Assembly (NCBI GenBank): GCA_964016885.1
Contig: OZ024748.1
Span: 25,420,001-25,484,000, forward strand
Source of the DNA: Eledone cirrhosa
Taxonomy: Eukaryota
Direction: 5' to 3'
DNA length: 64,000 nt
Shown: positions 58,831 through 64,000 of the stretch, piece after piece
Position numbering within the stretch: position 1 is the first letter of the stretch
Layout of the letters: each line of letters starts with the position of its first letter
The notes under the pieces: generated by a model
The model's input: the letters and a program-made list of their open reading frames with translations, nothing else
Databases searched by the model: none
Told to the model about the DNA's origin: nothing
Program-made: the position numbers and the translations under genes

Positions 58831-59317
58831 ATTTCTACTCTATTTGTCGGACAAAGATGCCATGCTTTGATATCTGCATTTGTAGGTAAAGAGTGAAAAT
58901 CTGGTTTTCTATTGCAATACCTTTTCATGGATGTCCTACATATGAATATATTATATTTCAACCCTTATGTGATTATAACGGTAAAAATATAAATATTTGG
59001 AAAAATGCAATAAAAGTAAACGTGTATAGAAAAAAATAAGCCCTATTTAGTTCCATATATATTTCAACAATTTTAAACAATATATAGAAATTTCAATCAA
59101 ATTATAAACATTCATATAATTTTCATAGAAGTTCAAAATTAGCAAATCTCTCTCTTTCTCATACATATAATGCTCCGTCTAACCCATGCTAGCGTGGAAA
59201 ATGGACTTTAAACGAAGATGATGATGATGATGATATAAATTATTCCGGGTTGATTCGGAGGTAACCACAGTAAGTAAGGTACTTAATACATAGCAGAGTA
59301 TAAAAGTTTTAATATAG

Positions 59318-59368
59318 AGCTTCTACAGGACTAGAACTGTTTCATTCGTGAGAAATCACCAGGAAGCT
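59318..59368 (-). ncRNA. Hammerhead ribozyme with one core substitution (CUGGUGA)
   Basis: agcttc-CTGGTGA-tttctcacgaat-GAAAC-agttctagtcct-GTA-gaagct; perfect 6-bp stem I. Confidence 0.65.
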
Positions 59369-60116
59369 GGCTGTCCAAGTAAGTAGTAGTATTTATATCT
59401 TTTCTTTTCTGGTGGTAGAAGAGGGATTGGGATGGGTGGAGGTCATTGGTTGAAGGATTTAAAGAAAAGGGAGTTCATTAAAAGCTAATTCTTTAAAGCT
59501 ATAATATTAACAAAGGCAGAAAGAATACTGTAAACAAATTCAAATTTGGAATACCAATCCTTGTTTATCACTTAAACTAACAATGCCTGTAAGACAGGTA
59601 TCTACAGGATGGATGGGGTTCAATGGTTTAAAGACAAGGGAAATTCTTTACAAGCTAATTCTTTAAGGCTGAAATAAGAGTGACAAAGACAGAAAGGGTT
59701 CCATCAACAGATTCAAAAGTATTAGAAACCTTGAATCAATTTTAAAAACCTCTATTTCGTGAGTTAATTTTTGTAGTTAATCCAACAACGTTTTCCAACT
59801 AATTGACACATTCCTATTCAAGTGAAAATTGTATTAAAAATTGTTAAAATATCTTGCATTTATGACACAAACTTTAGAGTAAAGTAAAAATATGAATATC
59901 TTACCTTATCCATCTGCGAAATATACACACTCGCGGACTTGCAATAATGAGCTCCTATCTTTCACTCTCACTCAATATATATGGGACAGTGTGTATGTGT
60001 GTGCATGCATATCTGTGTATATAGATTTATATATCTGTATACATGCACACAAGCACAGATATATACACACATGTTGTTTTCAAATTGTACCAAATAATTC
60101 ACATTGTGTATGTATA

Positions 60117-61065
60117 TCTGTATATATATAAAATTAAGTATGTGTGTCTGTGTATTACCTATAGGGGCCTACATCTTACGACCGATTTTCATGAAACTTT
60201 ACAGGCTCATAGATTAGTGATCGGGGAGTGTTTTCTATATATCAGCGTATCGCTTTTTTATTCCGGGGTCATTCTGCAGATAAAAATCGATAGGGGCGGT
60301 CACCTTTTTTTAGGTATCGAAAAATAAGATTTCGTTCAAATTTTAAAGCAAAATAGAATTTATCATTGCACATCCTGTAATGGCTTTATATTTTGCATTT
60401 GTTGTTCAGGGACAGCGTAGCAGCCGCTTAATATTCAAAAATACCACTTTTAGACTCAAATTTCCACTTTTTCGGCTCTAGCTCCCACATTAATCAACCT
60501 AATTTGTTCAAATTTTTCACTACGCTAGATCACATTTATTTCATGTCTTAAAGTGACTTTATAATTTGAATTTATTGCTCAGGAACGGCGTGGCAGCCAC
60601 TTAAATATTCGAAAATACCACCTTTTCGGCTCTAGCTTCCACATTTTTCAACCGATTTCATTCAAATTCGAAACTTCGGCTCCACCCCACATATAAATCA
60701 ATTTATTTGGTTCAACTTTTATACTATTATAGAACCTATCATTGCACATCTTATAGATGGTCAAAAGGCAAAATGATGGCCACTGACATCGTCTGAGCTT
60801 TTAGTTGTGTATTTGAGAATTCATCGGTTTCCAATCAAGTAGCGTGAGATTTGGCTTAGTGTTAGAGGTCATTATCTCCCTCCCCTAGCCTGCCCCTTTG
60901 TCAGTCACCCGCATTTCTCAGTGATAGAGGTCATCACCACCCTCCCCCGCATGGCCTGTGTGTGGCCATAGATGAGTCATCGAGAAGCAGTCACTAAGAT
61001 CAACACCTTTTCATCAAAGCAGATATTATTTTACCTACCCAGGCAATGCTGGGTACTGCTGCTAG
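60117..61065 (+). mobile_element. Non-autonomous Helitron (~950 bp)
   Basis: A|TCTGTATATATATAAAA 5' end; subterminal hairpin 61036-61055; CTAG|T 3' end; internal diverged repeats; no TSD. Confidence 0.78.
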
Positions 61066-62235
61066 TATATATATATAATTGACAATGTGTATGTATATAT
61101 ATCATTATCATCGTTTTACGTCCGTTCTTCCACGCTAGCATGGGTTAGACGGGTTGTCCTGTTGTGAGCAGTGTCAAGTCGGTTGACCTTGTCTTGTTCA
61201 TACAGGAACTGATTCTGGCTTGATTTCTACAGCTGGATGCCCTTCTTAACACCAACTTCATTTACAGTGAGTGCTGGGTGCTTTTTTCTGTGGCGCCTAA
61301 ATGTCCACTTTACAGTGTGGGCTCGTTGCTTTTTTGCCGTGGCACCTCCACGACCACTTTGCAGTGGGAGGGTGTTCAGGCATATTGTCTATATGCTTCA
61401 GCTTCGGCTTGTTCCTGTGGGGGGTTGGGTCTTGTGTTACTGCGTGACGCCAGAAGTCACGGTCGCGTGTCATTGCTCTTGAGAGGTGCAATTGGGTAAG
61501 GTCGGCCTTTATCACCTCATCCCAGGTCTTCTTGGGTCTCCCCACTCCGCGGCTTCCATCGATATATATGTATATATATATGCATATATATAATGAAGGA
61601 AGTGTGGTAAGGAACCAGATGGACCATAACGCACCAGAGTACTCAATACTAATACATTTTATTGTGAATCCTGCACTACCATCTGTTAATCAATGGTATG
61701 GGTACTAATTCAAACTGGTGTACTGTATTTAAATCCATTCAGCCATTGAAATGTTAGGTTTTATTATCATCATCATCATGTGTCTGCTTTCCTGGCATGG
61801 GTTGAATGGGTTACCATAGTCTGAGACAAAATGAGTCGGAGCTGCTCAATTTGCTGAGCCGAAGCTGAAGCATATAGACAATATGGACGTAAAACAATGT
61901 TGATGATGATGATGATTTGGCAAGGTTTCTCTAGCTGGATATCTTTTCTAATGCCAACCACCTTAGAGAGTGTACTGGGTATATTTTATAATGCTACTAA
62001 CACTTTACAGTGTGTAGTGGGTGCATTTGTTCATGGCACCAACACTAACACTTTACAGGTTGTACTGGGTGCAAAATAAAAAATAAAATATTTAAATACA
62101 AAATAATTCAAAAATAAATCTAGAAAGAAATAAACAAGATTACTTTTATTTATTGAATTGGTTTATTCCCTTTATTTTACAAAACTAAAAACATTTTGTA
62201 AACCAATACATAACCTCAGCAATCTCTGCAATTGA

Positions 62236-62397
62236 TCATTTTTTTTTGTTTTTCTTTTTATTTCCAGCACTAAGAGAAGCCGGATCAATTCCTTGTTTCA
62301 GAGCAAGTTGGCGCTTTAAATCTAGAAGTTTAGCAACTTCACCATCAATAACACTTTTCTCAGCTTTACTTGTTTTCAGTTCCCTCACTTTCTGACC
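62236..62397 (-). CDS. MARS1: WHEP-TRS terminal exon, MetRS-like (proximal copy, intact; upstream exons expected beyond 64000)
   Basis: Acceptor tttcatttttag|GGT; 53 codons plus TGA; AATAAA cluster ~60-90 nt downstream. Confidence 0.8.
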   Translation of the reverse strand, partial: GQKVRELKTSKAEKSVIDGEVAKLLDLKRQLALKQGIDPASLSAGNKKKNKKK

Positions 62398-62939
62398 CTA
62401 AAAATGAAATTTAAAACATTAAAAGACATTTCAATTTTATTTTTTTATTTTTACTAATTCACATAAAAATCTGTATCGTCATCATTTTTATGTCCACTTT
62501 TAAATAAAGGCATGATTTCTATAAAGGCATGAAAAATCCCAGACAAAATACAGTTCCATTTAAGCAAGACACAGCATGGCCAACTAGCCAGACTTGTATC
62601 ATAATGTGGACAACCCATCTAACCCATACAAGCATGGAAAAATGGACGTTAAACGATGATTATGATAATGTGTGTGTGTATGTATGTAACAATATCTGAA
62701 AGTGTGAACAAGGAAAAAGGAAAAGTGCTCAGTCGGGAAGAGAGCACTGCACGCAGGGAAAAAGCAGACGTAAAAAAAAAAAAAAAAAAAAAATTTATGT
62801 TCATACAGGAAGAAAAGTGCGACCTAAGGTTTCAAGGCCCAATACTGACCACATCTCCAGAATGTAAGAGGGATCAAAATTGTGACCTATCTTCAGGTGC
62901 TTATACAATTTTATAAGATACTGTTAAAAGTAATGCCCT

Positions 62940-63360
62940 TCTAGATAGAGGTTTTTAAGGACAAAATTAAATACACACCCAATCATTCCCAACCCAATCA
63001 TACTAAAAATACTAACAGAAAAAGAAGAATTATCTGGTTCATACCCGACTTTTCCCTTAATGTAAAGATTAATGTAGGTAAGGAGTTTTTAGATTTAATA
63101 TATAGACATTTCCCACAACATAGATACAGTAAAATATTCAATCACAATTCCGTCAAGATATCCTATTCATGTAACCCATCTATGAGATAAAAAAATTACT
63201 GTAAAGAATATACTCGATGATGATCCAAGTTGCTTTTGAAGTATTAAAGAGAACTGACCTCTCCAACACAAATGTCATATCAAATCTGTTGTGTATGAGG
63301 CAAATATTACACACCACACCCTAGAAAATTATGAAATTAATTAAAGATACATGGGTATGG
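62940..63360 (+). mobile_element. Penelope-like (Naiad-type) element fragment: RT-GIY-YIG linker
   Basis: RKRRIIWFIPDFSLNVKINVGKEFLDLIYRHFP..KIFNHNSVKISYSC, then CF*SIKEN*PLQHKCHIKSVVYEANIT..YMG. Confidence 0.75.
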
Positions 63361-64000
63361 TGCAAGATTATATTTGAATGATGGAGCTGGGCCATCGAAA
63401 TATGTATAGTGATTTCATGGAATTTTAAAGCATATCTTCCAGTCTGGCCTTCTGTTGTTGTTCTATATATACTTTACTCCATTCTTGCACCAACCACTGG
63501 ATACCACATCTACGATGGATGACTTACATAACATTGAGTGCTTTGATTGATTTGTTACATCATGATTTGCTTACCAGAACCACCAGTTCTACACATTGGT
63601 AATCAAAATAATTTAAATGGTATATATATATTTATTTCCCCATTTCTCCCTTTTGGCCTTCCCTTTGCCTCTGTGTCCTTCTTTGTTTGCACGTTGGACA
63701 ACAGTCCTTATTCTCTTGTTTTACTATTTCTCTCCTTTCTATATTTTTCTCCTTTGGCTAAGCCCTTGTACACTCTATATTTGTGTAATTTGCCTAAAGG
63801 CATAGCTTGTCTCTGTCAGTTTTGTTGTTCCCTTGTGCACTGAAATAAATGGTATTGACCCTAATTACCGAAACTGTAGTGATTTCCAGAGGTTGACTGA
63901 AGAGATGGGACTGTCGATCTTTCCATTGTTTTTTTCCTGTGAACTCCCTATTTTGAATTTATATCCTAAAGACTTAGCCATGCAGGCTTTTTTTGAAAAT

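Overview
Eukaryotic, AT-rich, repeat-dominated animal DNA. The dense (TA)n/(CA)n/(CAT)n microsatellites, RTE tails and SINEs suggest a mollusc, possibly an octopus (inference). Left half: a hammerhead-ribozyme (HHR) element with Penelope-like architecture (3.5-4.5 kb), a CRE-like LINE fragment, a ~20 kb 58-bp satellite with higher-order duplications, a 33-bp minisatellite carrying TGACGTCA, and a (CAT)n/(CGT)n tract. Middle: a 5'-truncated but uninterrupted R4/Dong-like RT+RLE retrotransposon in (TACA)n, decayed RTE LINEs and a Buster-type hAT. Right third: a nested tandem segmental duplication with three copies of the only recognisable host exon (WHEP-domain last exon, MARS1-like), one of them bracketed by Helitron ends. 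It also holds a second tandem HHR (retrozyme-like) array, a foldback element, a second hAT, and a Penelope/Naiad-like fragment with TGA at two conserved zinc-finger Cys positions. All calls were made by eye; no database searches or folding were run.
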